Counted from the first letter of the stretch, positions 27,184-38,370 are shown. The stretch: 41,992 nucleotides of DNA from Dokdonia sp. (GCA_020628615.1 JAHDEV010000006.1:1-41992), one strand, 5' to 3'. Program-made: numbers and translations. The notes: generated from the letters alone by a model not told the origin.

Positions 27184-30057
27184 ATGAACATACGTTACTT
27201 TCTAGCATCTGGAGCGCTGCTTTTTGCGCTTGCAAATGGAAACTCACAGCAAGCTGCATCTACAACGCAACAACAAGAGCAGGCTGTTAAAGAAAAAATG
27301 CTAGCAGCTCAAAATAGTCTTGTAAAAAATATCCCTTTTGAAAACATAGGTCCGTCTATTATGAGTGGCCGTGTGGTAGATCTAGCCATAAACCCAGATA
27401 TGCCATCAGAGTTTTATGTAGGTTATGCTTCTGGAGGTTTGTGGTATACTAATAATAATGGAACCACATTTACCCCAGTGATGGATAATGCTCCTACACA
27501 AAACGTAGGAGAAGTAACAGTACACTGGCCTAGTAATACTATCTGGGTAGGTACGGGAGAAAACAATGCATCCCGCTCTAGTTATGCAGGGATAGGCCTT
27601 CTCAAATCTACAGATGGTGGCAAGACTTGGAAAAATATGGGTCTTACAGACTCCCACCATATAGGGCGCATCCTTATTAATCCAGAAAATCCAGATGAGG
27701 TTGTGGTAGGTGCTGTAGGGCACTTGTACTCAAAAAATGAAGAGCGTGGGGTTTATAAAACTACAGACGGTGGTCTCACCTGGAAAAAGACCCTGTATGT
27801 AGATGATGCCTCTGGTATTATTGATATAGATAATGATCCAAATAATTTTAACCTGATGTATGCCTCTTCTTGGGAGAAGGATAGAAAGGCGTGGAATTTT
27901 GAAGGCGCTGGTAGTGGCTCTGGTATTTACAAGAGTACAGATGCTGGTGACACTTGGACAAAGTTATACAGCTTTCCTGCTGGTAAGGGAGTAGGTCGTA
28001 TAGGTCTTGCAGTGTATGATAAAAATACGGTATATGCTGTGCACGATAGCCAGTTTAGAAGAGAAGAAGGTAAGAAGCGACCACAAAAATCTGATGCTTT
28101 ATACAAAGATGATTTTAAAACAATGAGTGTTGCTCAGTTTTTAAGCTTAGATAACAAGCGTCTCGATAACTTTTTAAAGTCTAATGGCTTTCAAGAAAAG
28201 TACAGAGCAGCAAACGTAAAGTCTATCGTAAGACAAGGTGATGCTGTACCTGCAGATATTGCAACCTACTTACAAACGGCAAACACACAGCTTTTTGATA
28301 CACCTGTAGTAGGGGCAGAGGTATATAGATCTAATGATGGAGGGAAGACCTGGAAAAAAACACATAAAGGATACATAGATGCACTTTACTATAGTTACGG
28401 CTATTACTTTGGAGAGATTAATGTAAATCCATCAGATAAGGAAGATATCTATATTTACGGAGTGCCTATTGTGAAGTCTAAAGATGGAGGTAAAACCTTT
28501 ACAAGCATAAGTGCAGAAAATGTACACTCAGATCATCACGCACTATGGATTAACCCAAAAAATGAAAAGCACCTTATCAATGGTAATGACGGTGGTGTAA
28601 ACATAAGTTATGATGATGGTGCAAACTGGATAAAGGCAAACGACCCTTCTGTAGGGCAATTTTACTACATACAGGTAGATAATCAAGAGCCTTACAACGT
28701 GTACGGCGGTCTTCAAGATAATGGTGTATGGGTTGCACCTAGCGATGCCGCGCAAGATAAATCTTGGTTGCAAAGAGGGCAGTACCCTTGGGAGATGATT
28801 ATGGGAGGAGATGGTATGCAAGTGCAGGTAGATAACAGAGATGCAAATATTGTGTACACTGGATTTCAATTTGGAAGTTATTATCGTATTAATCGTGAGA
28901 CGGGTGAAAACAAGAGATTTGATATCAAGCACGAGTTAGGAGAAACGCCTTATCGTTTTAACTGGCAGACGCCTATCTTACTAAGTAGTCATAACCAAGA
29001 CATCTTATATCTGGGTGGTAACAAGTTAATGCGATCTATGAATCAAGGAGATGACTGGGTAGCTATAAGCCCAGATCTTACTAATGGCGGTAAGCCGGGT
29101 AATGTCGCTTACGGTACACTAGCCACAGTTTCAGAATCTCCGTTTGAGTTTGGACTTATTTATACAGGTAGTGACGACGGTAAGGTAAGTGTAACGACTA
29201 ATGGTGGTGGCGACTGGAAAGATATAACAGGTACATTGCCAAAAGACTTATGGGTATCACGCATTGTGGCAAGTGAGCATAAAAAAGAACGTGTATATGT
29301 GACCCTTAACGGTTATAGATGGGATGATTTTAAAACCTACGTCTATGTTTCTGATAATTATGGGCAGACTTGGAAAGACATTTCGGCAAATATCCCTATG
29401 TCTCCCGTAAATGTTATTGTAGAAGACCCGGTAAGGGAGAATATTATATATGTAGGTACAGATAACGGGGCTTATGTGAGTCTAGATGGTGGTAATTCTT
29501 ATCACGCTTTCGCGAAAGCGGAATCTGGAGACGGCACCGCACCACTACCAGCTGTTGCCGTGCACGATATGAAAATCCAAAAGAAAGCAAACCATCTCTT
29601 GCTAGGAACCCACGGAAGAAGCATTTACAGAACAGATCTTAGTGCTATTCAAAACGTATCTCTTAATAAAACGGCAGAAATTTTTGATATAGCCGAAGTT
29701 GAGCATAGCCGAAGATGGGGAACAAGCTGGAGCAACTGGTCTGATCCTTTTGAGCCATCTACGCCTATAAGTTACTACACGAGCAATGCAGGTAAATATG
29801 AGTTAGTCGTAAAAAGTACCGAAGGAAAGGAGTTAAGCCGTATGGCGGTAAATCCAGCAGCGGGAATTAATCAAGTCTCGTATGACTTGACGATTACTGA
29901 AAAAGGAAAAAATTATCTTGAAAAAGCAGATAGTTCTCTTAATATCAAGAAAACAAAAAACGGTAAATATTATCTCCCTAAGGGAACATATACTATCGTT
30001 TTAGACGGTGGAGGAGGTAACACAGAAGTTGCAACTACCACGCTGTTAGTTAAATAG
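27184..30057 (+). CDS. Secreted BNR/Asp-box (VPS10/Ycf48-like) beta-propeller protein, putative glycosyl hydrolase
   Basis: Signal peptide; many SxDGGxTW Asp-box repeats; GPSIMSGRV, HSDHHALW, GGLQDNG, GTHGRS. Confidence 0.85.
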   Translation: MNIRYFLASGALLFALANGNSQQAASTTQQQEQAVKEKMLAAQNSLVKNIPFENIGPSIMSGRVVDLAINPDMPSEFYVGYASGGLWYTNNNGTTFTPVMDNAPTQNVGEVTVHWPSNTIWVGTGENNASRSSYAGIGLLKSTDGGKTWKNMGLTDSHHIGRILINPENPDEVVVGAVGHLYSKNEERGVYKTTDGGLTWKKTLYVDDASGIIDIDNDPNNFNLMYASSWEKDRKAWNFEGAGSGSGIYKSTDAGDTWTKLYSFPAGKGVGRIGLAVYDKNTVYAVHDSQFRREEGKKRPQKSDALYKDDFKTMSVAQFLSLDNKRLDNFLKSNGFQEKYRAANVKSIVRQGDAVPADIATYLQTANTQLFDTPVVGAEVYRSNDGGKTWKKTHKGYIDALYYSYGYYFGEINVNPSDKEDIYIYGVPIVKSKDGGKTFTSISAENVHSDHHALWINPKNEKHLINGNDGGVNISYDDGANWIKANDPSVGQFYYIQVDNQEPYNVYGGLQDNGVWVAPSDAAQDKSWLQRGQYPWEMIMGGDGMQVQVDNRDANIVYTGFQFGSYYRINRETGENKRFDIKHELGETPYRFNWQTPILLSSHNQDILYLGGNKLMRSMNQGDDWVAISPDLTNGGKPGNVAYGTLATVSESPFEFGLIYTGSDDGKVSVTTNGGGDWKDITGTLPKDLWVSRIVASEHKKERVYVTLNGYRWDDFKTYVYVSDNYGQTWKDISANIPMSPVNVIVEDPVRENIIYVGTDNGAYVSLDGGNSYHAFAKAESGDGTAPLPAVAVHDMKIQKKANHLLLGTHGRSIYRTDLSAIQNVSLNKTAEIFDIAEVEHSRRWGTSWSNWSDPFEPSTPISYYTSNAGKYELVVKSTEGKELSRMAVNPAAGINQVSYDLTITEKGKNYLEKADSSLNIKKTKNGKYYLPKGTYTIVLDGGGGNTEVATTTLLVK
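29505..29520. repeat. Palindrome copy 11 (in BNR protein, AFAKA)
   Basis: Exact match. Confidence 0.95.
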
Positions 30058-30081
30058 TGATGATTTTGAAATCTTTTTTAG

Positions 30082-30115
30082 AACCCATTGCCTCGTAAGA
30101 TGTAATGGGTTTTTT
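30082..30115 (+). terminator. Intrinsic terminator after the BNR protein gene
   Basis: AACCCATTGC...GTAATGGGTT followed by a T-run. Confidence 0.7.
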
Positions 30116-30257
30116 AATGCCTCATTAGTCCTTTTCAAAAATTTTGAAAGTGTTTAATCATATATAGGTTTAAGTAAGAGGTGATTGTTAAATCTTGAAC
30201 AGCTGCGTTAAGGTTTTTATAATGATTCTAAATAGCGAGAATACAAACGCTCTAAGG

Positions 30258-30288
30258 TTGCTAAAACAACGTTTGCGCCGTATTTTTG
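30258..30288 (+). promoter_or_regulatory. Bacteroidota promoter for sdhCAB
   Basis: TTG (30258-30260), 20-bp spacer, -7 TATTTTTG (30281-30288). Confidence 0.6.
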
Positions 30289-30314
30289 TTGGGATTATTC
30301 CAAACTAAAACTAA

Positions 30315-30983
30315 ATGAGCGGATTATTAAAATCTTCAATAGGGCGTAAAGTAGCAATGGCACTTTCCGGACTCTTTCTTGTGATCTTTTTGACACAACA
30401 CTTCGTGATCAACAGTACAGCTGTAATTGATCCAGATACGTTTAATGCTTGGTCCCACTTTATGGGTACAAACCCACTTGTGCAGTTTGCATTGCAACCT
30501 GTGCTAATCTTTGGAGTGGTTTTTCACTTTGTGATGGGCTTCGTGCTTGAGTTACAAAACAGAAAAGCGCGCCCTATCAAGTATGCAAACTACAAAGGAG
30601 GAGAAGCAGCGCCTTGGACATCTCGTAATATGATTTTATCAGGACTGGTGATTCTTGCGTTTTTAGGTCTTCACTTTTATGATTTCTGGATTCCAGAGAT
30701 GATTCATAAATATGTTGAGTTTGCACCAGAAGATCCTACAAGATATTATGCAGAGACTGTACATAAATTTGAAAGCCCTGTGCGTGTAGCTCTTTATGTA
30801 ATATCATTTGTATTACTTGCTTTACACTTATGGCACGGGTTTGCTTCTACTTTTCAGTCTGTAGGGTTTAATAATGCATACTCAAAAGGACTTTCAAAAT
30901 TTGCAAAGGTTTGGGCAGTTGCAATACCAGTAGGTTTTATACTTATCGCAGTGTACTTACACCTTAACCAAATTCCTCACTAA
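30315..30983 (+). CDS. sdhC: Succinate dehydrogenase cytochrome b subunit
   Basis: [16 protein letters not shown], 5 TM helices with His ligands, [14 protein letters not shown]. Confidence 0.93.
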   Translation: MSGLLKSSIGRKVAMALSGLFLVIFLTQHFVINSTAVIDPDTFNAWSHFMGTNPLVQFALQPVLIFGVVFHFVMGFVLELQNRKARPIKYANYKGGEAAPWTSRNMILSGLVILAFLGLHFYDFWIPEMIHKYVEFAPEDPTRYYAETVHKFESPVRVALYVISFVLLALHLWHGFASTFQSVGFNNAYSKGLSKFAKVWAVAIPVGFILIAVYLHLNQIPH

Positions 30984-30994
30984 AAAAAATAGCT

Positions 30995-33007
30995 ATGGCA
31001 TTAGATTCTAAAATACCTCAAGGACCACTAGCTGATAAGTGGACAAAACATAAAAATGACATTAACCTTGTAAACCCTGCAAACAAGCGTCTTATAGATG
31101 TAATCGTTGTAGGTACGGGTCTTGCCGGAGGATCTGCAGCAGCAACGCTTGCAGAGCTTGGGTATAACGTAAAAGCTTTTTGTTTTCAAGATTCACCTCG
31201 TCGTGCACACTCTATTGCTGCACAAGGAGGTATAAACGCCGCAAAAAACTATCAAGGAGATGGAGACTCAACTTACCGTTTATTTTATGATACGGTAAAG
31301 GGTGGTGATTATCGCTCTAGAGAGTCTAACGTATACCGTCTTGCTGAGGTTTCGGCAAATATTATTGACCAGTGTGTCGCACAAGGAGTTCCTTTTGCAC
31401 GTGATTATGGTGGACTATTAGATAACCGTTCTTTTGGAGGGGTGCTTGTAAGTCGTACGTTCTATGCAAAAGGTCAAACAGGACAACAATTATTACTAGG
31501 TGCTTACTCTGCAATGAACCGTCAGATAGGTCGTGGTAAGATTAAAATGTATAATCGTCACGAGATGCTAGACGTCGTAAAAGTAGACGGAAAAGCACGT
31601 GGTATTATAACACGTAACTTAATAACAGGAGAGATTGAGCGTCACAGTGCGCACGCCGTTGTATTAGGAACTGGAGGATATGGTAACGTATTCTACCTTT
31701 CTACTAACGCGATGGGGTCTAACGTAACTGCCGCTTGGAAAGCTCATAAACGTGGTGCTTACTTTGCAAATCCTTGTTATACTCAAATACACCCTACGTG
31801 TATTCCAGTATCTGGTGATCACCAGTCTAAGCTTACCCTTATGTCTGAGTCATTACGTAATGATGGTCGTATATGGGTACCTGCAAAGAAAGAAGATGCG
31901 ATCGCAATACGCGAGGGGCGTCTTAAGCCTACAGATCTTAAAGAAGAAGATAGAGATTACTACCTAGAGCGTCGTTACCCAGCATTTGGGAACCTTGTAC
32001 CTCGTGATGTTGCCTCAAGAGCGGCAAAAGAGCGTTGTGATGCAGGCTTTGGAGTAAATAAAACAGGAGAGGCCGTTTACCTTGACTTTGCTTCGGCAAT
32101 AGAGCGTTATGGTAAAGAGCAAGCATACGTGCAACACCTTGATGCAAATGATAAGGCACTTGTAAAGAAGCTAGGTCAAGAAGTTGTAAAAACTAAGTAT
32201 GGTAACTTATTCCAGATGTACAACAAGATTGTAGATCAAGATCCATACAACACGCCTATGATGATTTACCCAGCGGTACACTATACAATGGGAGGTCTAT
32301 GGGTAGATTATAACTTACAGACTACTGTAGAGGGATTATATGCGATAGGAGAAGCAAACTTCTCAGATCACGGTGCAAACCGCCTAGGAGCTTCTGCTCT
32401 TATGCAAGGTCTTGCAGATGGGTATTTTGTACTACCGTACACCATAGGTGATTACTTATCACACGATATACGTACAGGGCCTATTTCTACAGATACTCCA
32501 GAGTTTGAAGAAGCAGAGCAAAACGTGCGTAAACAAGTAGATGCACTTATTAACAATGAAGGATCTAAGCCAGTAGATTATTTCCATAAAAAGCTTGGAA
32601 AGATTATGTGGAACAAATGTGGTATGTCTCGTAACGCGACAGACCTACAGAGCGCCATAGATGAAATCTCTGCATTACGTGATGAGTTCTATAAAGAAGT
32701 AAGGGTGCCAGGTACTCAAAATGAATTTAACGAAGAGCTTGCAAAAGCACTACGTGTAGCAGACTTCTTAGAACTAGGAGAACTGTTTGCAAAAGATGCT
32801 CTTACTCGTAACGAGTCTTGTGGAGGTCACTTTAGAGAAGAATCTGTAGAGCTAGACGGACCACAAAAAGGAGAAGCACTACGTGATGACGAAAACTTTA
32901 CATTCGTATCTGCGTGGGAGTATAAAGGAGCGCCAAAAGATGCAGTACTGCACAAAGAAGAGCTCAACTATGAGAATATTGAAGTAAAACAAAGAAGCTA
33001 TAAATAA
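30995..33007 (+). CDS. sdhA: Succinate dehydrogenase/fumarate reductase flavoprotein
   Basis: [21 protein letters not shown] (covalent FAD His), [26 protein letters not shown]. Confidence 0.97.
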   Translation: MALDSKIPQGPLADKWTKHKNDINLVNPANKRLIDVIVVGTGLAGGSAAATLAELGYNVKAFCFQDSPRRAHSIAAQGGINAAKNYQGDGDSTYRLFYDTVKGGDYRSRESNVYRLAEVSANIIDQCVAQGVPFARDYGGLLDNRSFGGVLVSRTFYAKGQTGQQLLLGAYSAMNRQIGRGKIKMYNRHEMLDVVKVDGKARGIITRNLITGEIERHSAHAVVLGTGGYGNVFYLSTNAMGSNVTAAWKAHKRGAYFANPCYTQIHPTCIPVSGDHQSKLTLMSESLRNDGRIWVPAKKEDAIAIREGRLKPTDLKEEDRDYYLERRYPAFGNLVPRDVASRAAKERCDAGFGVNKTGEAVYLDFASAIERYGKEQAYVQHLDANDKALVKKLGQEVVKTKYGNLFQMYNKIVDQDPYNTPMMIYPAVHYTMGGLWVDYNLQTTVEGLYAIGEANFSDHGANRLGASALMQGLADGYFVLPYTIGDYLSHDIRTGPISTDTPEFEEAEQNVRKQVDALINNEGSKPVDYFHKKLGKIMWNKCGMSRNATDLQSAIDEISALRDEFYKEVRVPGTQNEFNEELAKALRVADFLELGELFAKDALTRNESCGGHFREESVELDGPQKGEALRDDENFTFVSAWEYKGAPKDAVLHKEELNYENIEVKQRSYK

Positions 33008-33016
33008 GAAAGATAT

Positions 33017-33763
33017 ATGAAACTAACGTTAAAAATTTGGCGTCAAAAAAACGCACAAGCTAAAGGACAAATGGTGACATACCCTATCGATGGTATCGAT
33101 GGTGATATGTCTTTCTTAGAGATGATGGATGTGCTTAACAATAAGCTCATTAGTGAGGGAGAAGAGCCAGTAGTATTTGATCACGACTGTCGTGAGGGTA
33201 TTTGCGGGTCTTGTTCTATGTTTATCAATGGAGAGGCACACGGACCAGACCGTCTAGTAACTACGTGTCAATTGCATATGCGTAAGTTTAAGGATGGAGA
33301 GACCATTACAATAGAGCCTTTTAGAGCAGATGGATTCCCAGTGATAAAAGATCTTATGGTAGATCGTTCGGCTTTTGATCGTATACAGCACGCTGGAGGA
33401 TTTATTTCTGTAAATACTTCTGGTAACACACAAGATGCAAACTCAATTCCAATTGAAAAGGCAGATGCAGACGATGCTTTTGCTGCAGCAACTTGTATAG
33501 GTTGTGGTGCTTGTGTTGCAAGTTGTAAAAACGCAAGTGCAATGCTGTTTGTATCTGCAAAGGTGAGCCAGTTTGCTTTATTACCACAAGGTCAAGTAGA
33601 GGCTACAGATCGTGTTCTTAATATGGTAAGACAAATGGACGAAGAAGGGTTCGGAAATTGTACAAACACAGGAGCTTGTGAGGTAGAGTGCCCTAAAGGG
33701 ATTTCTCTTGAGAACATTGCACGTATGAATCGTGAGTACCTTTCTGCTAGCCTAAAAGGGTAA
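33017..33763 (+). CDS. sdhB: Succinate dehydrogenase iron-sulfur subunit
   Basis: [32 protein letters not shown]. Confidence 0.97.
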   Translation: MKLTLKIWRQKNAQAKGQMVTYPIDGIDGDMSFLEMMDVLNNKLISEGEEPVVFDHDCREGICGSCSMFINGEAHGPDRLVTTCQLHMRKFKDGETITIEPFRADGFPVIKDLMVDRSAFDRIQHAGGFISVNTSGNTQDANSIPIEKADADDAFAAATCIGCGACVASCKNASAMLFVSAKVSQFALLPQGQVEATDRVLNMVRQMDEEGFGNCTNTGACEVECPKGISLENIARMNREYLSASLKG

Positions 33764-33799
33764 TATACAAGGTGTTGTAGCCGAATAAATTACTGATAT

Positions 33800-33841
33800 A
33801 AAAATCTCAAACTATATAGGTTTGAGATTTTTTTTTTTTTT
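33800..33841 (+). terminator. Intrinsic terminator after sdhB
   Basis: AAAATCTCAAAC-loop-GTTTGAGATTTT with T14 tail. Confidence 0.88.
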
Positions 33842-33842
33842 G

Positions 33843-33858
33843 CGCTTTCGCGAAAGCG
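33843..33858. repeat. Palindrome copy 12 (just after the sdhB terminator)
   Basis: Exact match. Confidence 0.95.
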
Positions 33859-33996
33859 AAATAAGTACAAATTACTGTTTTTAAGGTCGTTGCATCTTAG
33901 CGTGTATTTTAAAAAGGGGGCTTTTGACCCTGGCAGGTAAAACTAATATAGAGGATATTTGTGGTATAAGTAACCCCAATAAACACCTACTTAGTT

Positions 33997-34056
33997 ATGA
34001 AAATTACTATCATTATTATTGTTATCCTACTGCTTGCACTTGCTTTCATTTCTTAA
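33997..34056 (+). CDS. Candidate 19-aa hydrophobic micropeptide MKITIIIIVILLLALAFIS
   Basis: ATG...TAA read directly; single TM character; followed by an otherwise orphan terminator at 34145-34175. Confidence 0.4.
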   Translation: MKITIIIIVILLLALAFIS

Positions 34057-34144
34057 AAAATAAGATGTAATAAGATTACCAAGTAAAGTACTAAGTGAGA
34101 TTTTACTGCTCATATCATTAATCAAATAGCTCGTAAAAGATTTT

Positions 34145-34175
34145 AAAATTCCGTTTTTTAAACGGAATTTTTTTT
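34145..34175 (+). terminator. Intrinsic terminator within the sdhB-nrdB intergenic region
   Basis: AAAATTCCGTTT-ttt-AAACGGAATTTT plus further T's. Confidence 0.75.
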
Positions 34176-34397
34176 GTCATGATTCTTTTTAGTCAGACCC
34201 GCAAATGGGTTCTTTAAATTCTTATTAAGACGTTATTAAAAACCGCCCTAAGCAAGCCTAAAACCCCTTGCTAGGCTAGTTTTAAACCATTAAAAATGCA
34301 ATTGTTAATAAGATTTTTAAAGCTACTTAAGTTCCTGATTATCAAATATTAACATATAAATTTTTAGATTTTTTTATGAAAAGTGTAAAATGCACTG

Positions 34398-34418
34398 TGT
34401 TGAAAACTTTGTGAATAA
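34398..34418 (-). promoter_or_regulatory. Tandem DnaA-box-like nonamers upstream of nrdB
   Basis: Minus strand TTATTCACA (34410-34418, fits TTWTNCACA) and TTTTCAACA (34398-34406), 3 bp apart. Confidence 0.45.
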
Positions 34419-34511
34419 CGACAGTGTTAATTTCTAAGCCTTGGGTTCTTTTTTCTTGATATTTGTTAGTCCCAAGTAGAATGAAAAAGATTAATAGCTA
34501 AAAGAAAAAGT

Positions 34512-35498
34512 ATGAGCTTCGTAGAACCAATCCTGGCAGAAAATAAAGATAGATTTGTAATATTTCCAATACAGCACGACGATATTTGGGAGTGGTATAA
34601 AAAGTCTGAGGCTAGCTTTTGGACTGCAGAAGAGATTGACCTTCACCAAGACCTTGTAGATTGGAAAGGAAAACTTACAGAAGACGAGCGTTACTTTATA
34701 AAGCACATCCTTGCTTTCTTTGCAGCATCAGATGGTATCGTAAATGAAAACCTTGCAGAAAACTTTGTAAATGAAGTACAATACTCTGAGGCAAAATTCT
34801 TTTACGGTTTCCAGATTATGATGGAAAACATTCACTCTGAGACCTACTCATTACTTATCGATACTTACGTAAAAGACGAGGTAGAGAAAGACAAGCTTTT
34901 TAACGCACTAGAAAATTTTCCAGCAATTAAGAAAAAAGCAGACTGGGCATTAAAATGGATTGACTCGCCAAGTTTTGCAGAGCGTCTTATCGCATTTGCA
35001 GCAGTAGAGGGTATTTTCTTTTCTGGCGCATTCTGTTCTATTTACTGGTTAAAGAAGAGAGGGCTTATGCCAGGTCTCACATTCTCAAACGAGCTTATCT
35101 CTCGTGATGAGGGAGTACACTGTGATTTTGCGGTACACCTGCATAACCACCACCTTGTGAATAAAGTACCTAAGGAGCGTATTACAGAGATTATTGTAAA
35201 CGCACTAGATATAGAGCGTGAGTTTATAACAGAGTCACTACCTGTTAGTCTTATAGGGATGAACTCAAACTTAATGACACAATACTTAGAGTATGTGACA
35301 GACCGCCTTCTTACAGAGCTAGATTGTGAGAAAGTGTATAACACAGCAAATCCATTTGACTTTATGGATATGATCTCACTTCAAGGTAAAACTAACTTCT
35401 TTGAGAAGCGAGTAGGGGAGTATCAGAAAGCAGGAGTTGTAAAAGATAAAGATGATGACGGCAGCGGGCAGTCTATCAGTTTTGACGCGGCGTTCTAA
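34512..35498 (+). CDS. nrdB: Class Ia ribonucleotide reductase beta subunit
   Basis: [30 protein letters not shown] (radical Tyr), [23 protein letters not shown]. Confidence 0.97.
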   Translation: MSFVEPILAENKDRFVIFPIQHDDIWEWYKKSEASFWTAEEIDLHQDLVDWKGKLTEDERYFIKHILAFFAASDGIVNENLAENFVNEVQYSEAKFFYGFQIMMENIHSETYSLLIDTYVKDEVEKDKLFNALENFPAIKKKADWALKWIDSPSFAERLIAFAAVEGIFFSGAFCSIYWLKKRGLMPGLTFSNELISRDEGVHCDFAVHLHNHHLVNKVPKERITEIIVNALDIEREFITESLPVSLIGMNSNLMTQYLEYVTDRLLTELDCEKVYNTANPFDFMDMISLQGKTNFFEKRVGEYQKAGVVKDKDDDGSGQSISFDAAF

Positions 35499-35530
35499 AT
35501 AAAATAATTCAATAAAGCCGGGATTTTTTC

Positions 35531-35546
35531 CGCTTTCGCGAAAGCG
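35531..35546. repeat. Palindrome copy 13 (nrdB-nrdA intergenic)
   Basis: Exact match. Confidence 0.95.
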
Positions 35547-35670
35547 TAACACCACGCAATCGCTATAATAATAACCAATGGATACATTCTCCAAAAGAGT
35601 TTGCTATTCCTAATTCTAACCGAATTCTCAGAAGGGGGAAACTAATGAGAACTCACAATATTTTAAGTGT

Positions 35671-38295
35671 ATGTATGTAGTAAAAAGAGATGGCCGTCAG
35701 GAACCGGTTATGTTTGACAAAATCACCGCAAGGGTAAAAAAGTTATGTTATGAGCTAAGTGATTTTGTAGATCCAGTAAAGATCTCAATGCGAGTTATAG
35801 AAGGACTTTATGATGGTGTAACTACAAGTGAGCTTGATAATCTTGCAGCAGAGACTGCGGCATCTATGACTACGAGTCACCCAGATTATGCAAAACTTGC
35901 AGCACGTATCTCTGTATCAAACCTACATAAAAACACAAAGAAGTCATTTTCTGAAGTGATGACAGACCTTTATCAATATGTAAACCCACGTACTGGTAAA
36001 AAAGCACCTATGGTAGCAGACGAGGTGTACCAGGTAATTATGGATAATAAGGATGAGCTAGACTCGACTATTATCTATAACCGTGATTTTGGATATGATT
36101 ACTTTGGATTTAAAACACTTGAGCGTTCATACCTACTTAAGATTAATGGTCAGATAGCAGAGCGTCCTCAGCATATGTTAATGCGTGTGTCTATAGGGAT
36201 TCATCTTGACGACCTTGAGGCAGCAAAGGAGACATATATGTTAATGTCTAAAAAGTACTTTACACACGCTACACCAACATTATTTAACTCAGGTACACCT
36301 AAGCCTCAAATGTCATCTTGTTTCCTACTTACAATGAAGGATGACAGTATAGAAGGTATATATGATACACTTAAACAAACAGCAAAGATTTCTCAAAGCG
36401 CAGGAGGTATAGGGTTATCTATACACAACATACGTGCAAAGGGAGCATACATAGGCGGTACTAATGGTACGTCTAATGGTATTGTGCCTATGCTTAAAGT
36501 TTTTAACGACACGGCACGTTACGTAGATCAAGGAGGAGGAAAACGTAAGGGTTCTTTTGCAATCTATATGGAGCCCTGGCACGCAGATATTTTTGACTTC
36601 TTAGATCTTAAGAAAAACCACGGAGCAGAAGAGATGAGAGCTCGTGATCTTTTTTATGCAATGTGGATCTCAGACTTGTTTATGAAACGAGTACAAGAGG
36701 ATGGAAAGTGGACACTAATGTGTCCTAATGAATGTCCAGACCTTTTTAACGTACACGGAGAAGAGTTTGAAGCGCTTTACACAAAGTACGAGCAAGAAGA
36801 AAGAGGTCGCAGGACTATAAAAGCACGTGAACTGTGGGAGAAAATTATGGAGTCTCAAATTGAGACAGGTACACCATATATGCTCTACAAGGATGCTGCA
36901 AACCGTAAATCTAACCAGAAAAATCTTGGTACCATACGTTCATCAAACTTATGTACAGAGATTCTTGAGTACACATCAGAAGACGAGGTGGCGGTATGTA
37001 ACCTTGCGTCTATAGCGTTACCTATGTTTGTTAAGAATGGAGCTTTTGATCACGAAGAGCTTTATAAAATCACGGTACGTGCAACAAAGAACCTTAACAA
37101 GGTAATAGACCGTAATTACTACCCAGTAATTGAGGCAGAAAACTCTAATATGCGTCACCGTCCTATCGGACTTGGTGTGCAGGGTCTTGCAGATACATTT
37201 ATAAAACTACGTTTGCCTTTTACAAGTGACGAGGCTAAAAAGCTTAACCAAGAGATTTTTGAGACCTTATATTTTGCAGCGGTAACAGCTTCAAAAGATA
37301 TGGCTAAGGTAGAAGGGCCTTACCAAAGTTTTGAAGGATCACCTATATCACAAGGAGAGTTCCAGTATAACCTATGGAATATTAAAGATGAGGAATTAAG
37401 TGGTCGTTGGGACTGGGCATCGCTTCGTAAAGAAGTAATGGAGCACGGTGTGCGTAACTCGCTACTTGTAGCACCTATGCCTACAGCATCTACTTCTCAA
37501 ATACTTGGTAATAACGAAGCTTTTGAACCATATACGTCTAATATTTATACGCGTCGTGTACTGTCTGGAGAGTTTATTGTCGTAAACAAGCACTTACTAG
37601 AGGACCTAGTAGCACTTAACCTTTGGAACGACGATCTTAAAGCAGCTATTATGCGTGCAAACGGATCTATACAAGGGATAGATGTGATACCTGCAGACTT
37701 AAAAGAACTCTATAAAACAGTATGGGAAATGTCTATGAAAGATATTATAGATATGTCTCGCCAGAGAGGTTACTTTATTGACCAGTCACAATCTCTTAAC
37801 TTATTTATGGAAGGGGCAAACTTTGCAAAGCTTACCTCTATGCACTTCTACGCGTGGCAAAGCGGATTAAAAACGGGTATGTATTACCTGCGTACAAAAT
37901 CTGCGGTAGATGCTAAGAAGTTTACACTTTCTGCAAAGAAGAAAGAAGCTCCGGTTACTGCACCTACAGCGCCAAAACAGCAAGTAGCGGCAAGAGCTGC
38001 ACAAACGCTTACAGCAACTCAAGCTCCGGCACCAGCACCTATACCTGCTCCACAAGCTGAGATATCTAAGGTAGATGCTATTGCTCAACACGCACAAAAT
38101 GTAGCAGATATGCAAGTGCAAATGAGTCTAGATGACCCAGCTCCTGCTTATGAAGCACAGCAAGCACAACTCAAAGAGCAAACTACGGCACAACAGCCTA
38201 ACACAGCCCCTATGACGCCAGAAGAAATGAAAGCAATCATAGCACAAGCAAAAGCTGCCGAAGGTGATGACGATTGTTTAATGTGCGGTTCATAA
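35671..38295 (+). CDS. nrdA: Class Ia ribonucleotide reductase alpha subunit with ATP cone and extended C-terminal linker
   Basis: [11 protein letters not shown] cone, [41 protein letters not shown]-terminal CLMCGS. Confidence 0.97.
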   Translation: MYVVKRDGRQEPVMFDKITARVKKLCYELSDFVDPVKISMRVIEGLYDGVTTSELDNLAAETAASMTTSHPDYAKLAARISVSNLHKNTKKSFSEVMTDLYQYVNPRTGKKAPMVADEVYQVIMDNKDELDSTIIYNRDFGYDYFGFKTLERSYLLKINGQIAERPQHMLMRVSIGIHLDDLEAAKETYMLMSKKYFTHATPTLFNSGTPKPQMSSCFLLTMKDDSIEGIYDTLKQTAKISQSAGGIGLSIHNIRAKGAYIGGTNGTSNGIVPMLKVFNDTARYVDQGGGKRKGSFAIYMEPWHADIFDFLDLKKNHGAEEMRARDLFYAMWISDLFMKRVQEDGKWTLMCPNECPDLFNVHGEEFEALYTKYEQEERGRRTIKARELWEKIMESQIETGTPYMLYKDAANRKSNQKNLGTIRSSNLCTEILEYTSEDEVAVCNLASIALPMFVKNGAFDHEELYKITVRATKNLNKVIDRNYYPVIEAENSNMRHRPIGLGVQGLADTFIKLRLPFTSDEAKKLNQEIFETLYFAAVTASKDMAKVEGPYQSFEGSPISQGEFQYNLWNIKDEELSGRWDWASLRKEVMEHGVRNSLLVAPMPTASTSQILGNNEAFEPYTSNIYTRRVLSGEFIVVNKHLLEDLVALNLWNDDLKAAIMRANGSIQGIDVIPADLKELYKTVWEMSMKDIIDMSRQRGYFIDQSQSLNLFMEGANFAKLTSMHFYAWQSGLKTGMYYLRTKSAVDAKKFTLSAKKKEAPVTAPTAPKQQVAARAAQTLTATQAPAPAPIPAPQAEISKVDAIAQHAQNVADMQVQMSLDDPAPAYEAQQAQLKEQTTAQQPNTAPMTPEEMKAIIAQAKAAEGDDDCLMCGS

Positions 38296-38315
38296 ACCGT
38301 CAAACGTAACTAACC

Positions 38316-38352
38316 AAAAGCGGCTCTCTATTTTATAGAGAGCCGCTTTTTT
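38316..38352. terminator. Bidirectional intrinsic terminator after nrdA
   Basis: AAAAGCGGCTCTCTAT-tt-ATAGAGAGCCGCTTTTTT-type perfect stem with A4 and T6 flanks. Confidence 0.9.
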
Positions 38353-38370
38353 ATGTAAACAATTTTAATC

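Noticed and set aside
33828-33841. T14 homopolymer as a phase-variation tract
   Set aside because: It is the U-tail of the sdhB terminator, outside any ORF or promoter.
35547-35670. Riboswitch or ncRNA between nrdB and nrdA
   Set aside because: Only a weak hairpin (TTCTCA...TGAGAA) and no recognisable cobalamin or other riboswitch motif; an Rfam scan would settle it.
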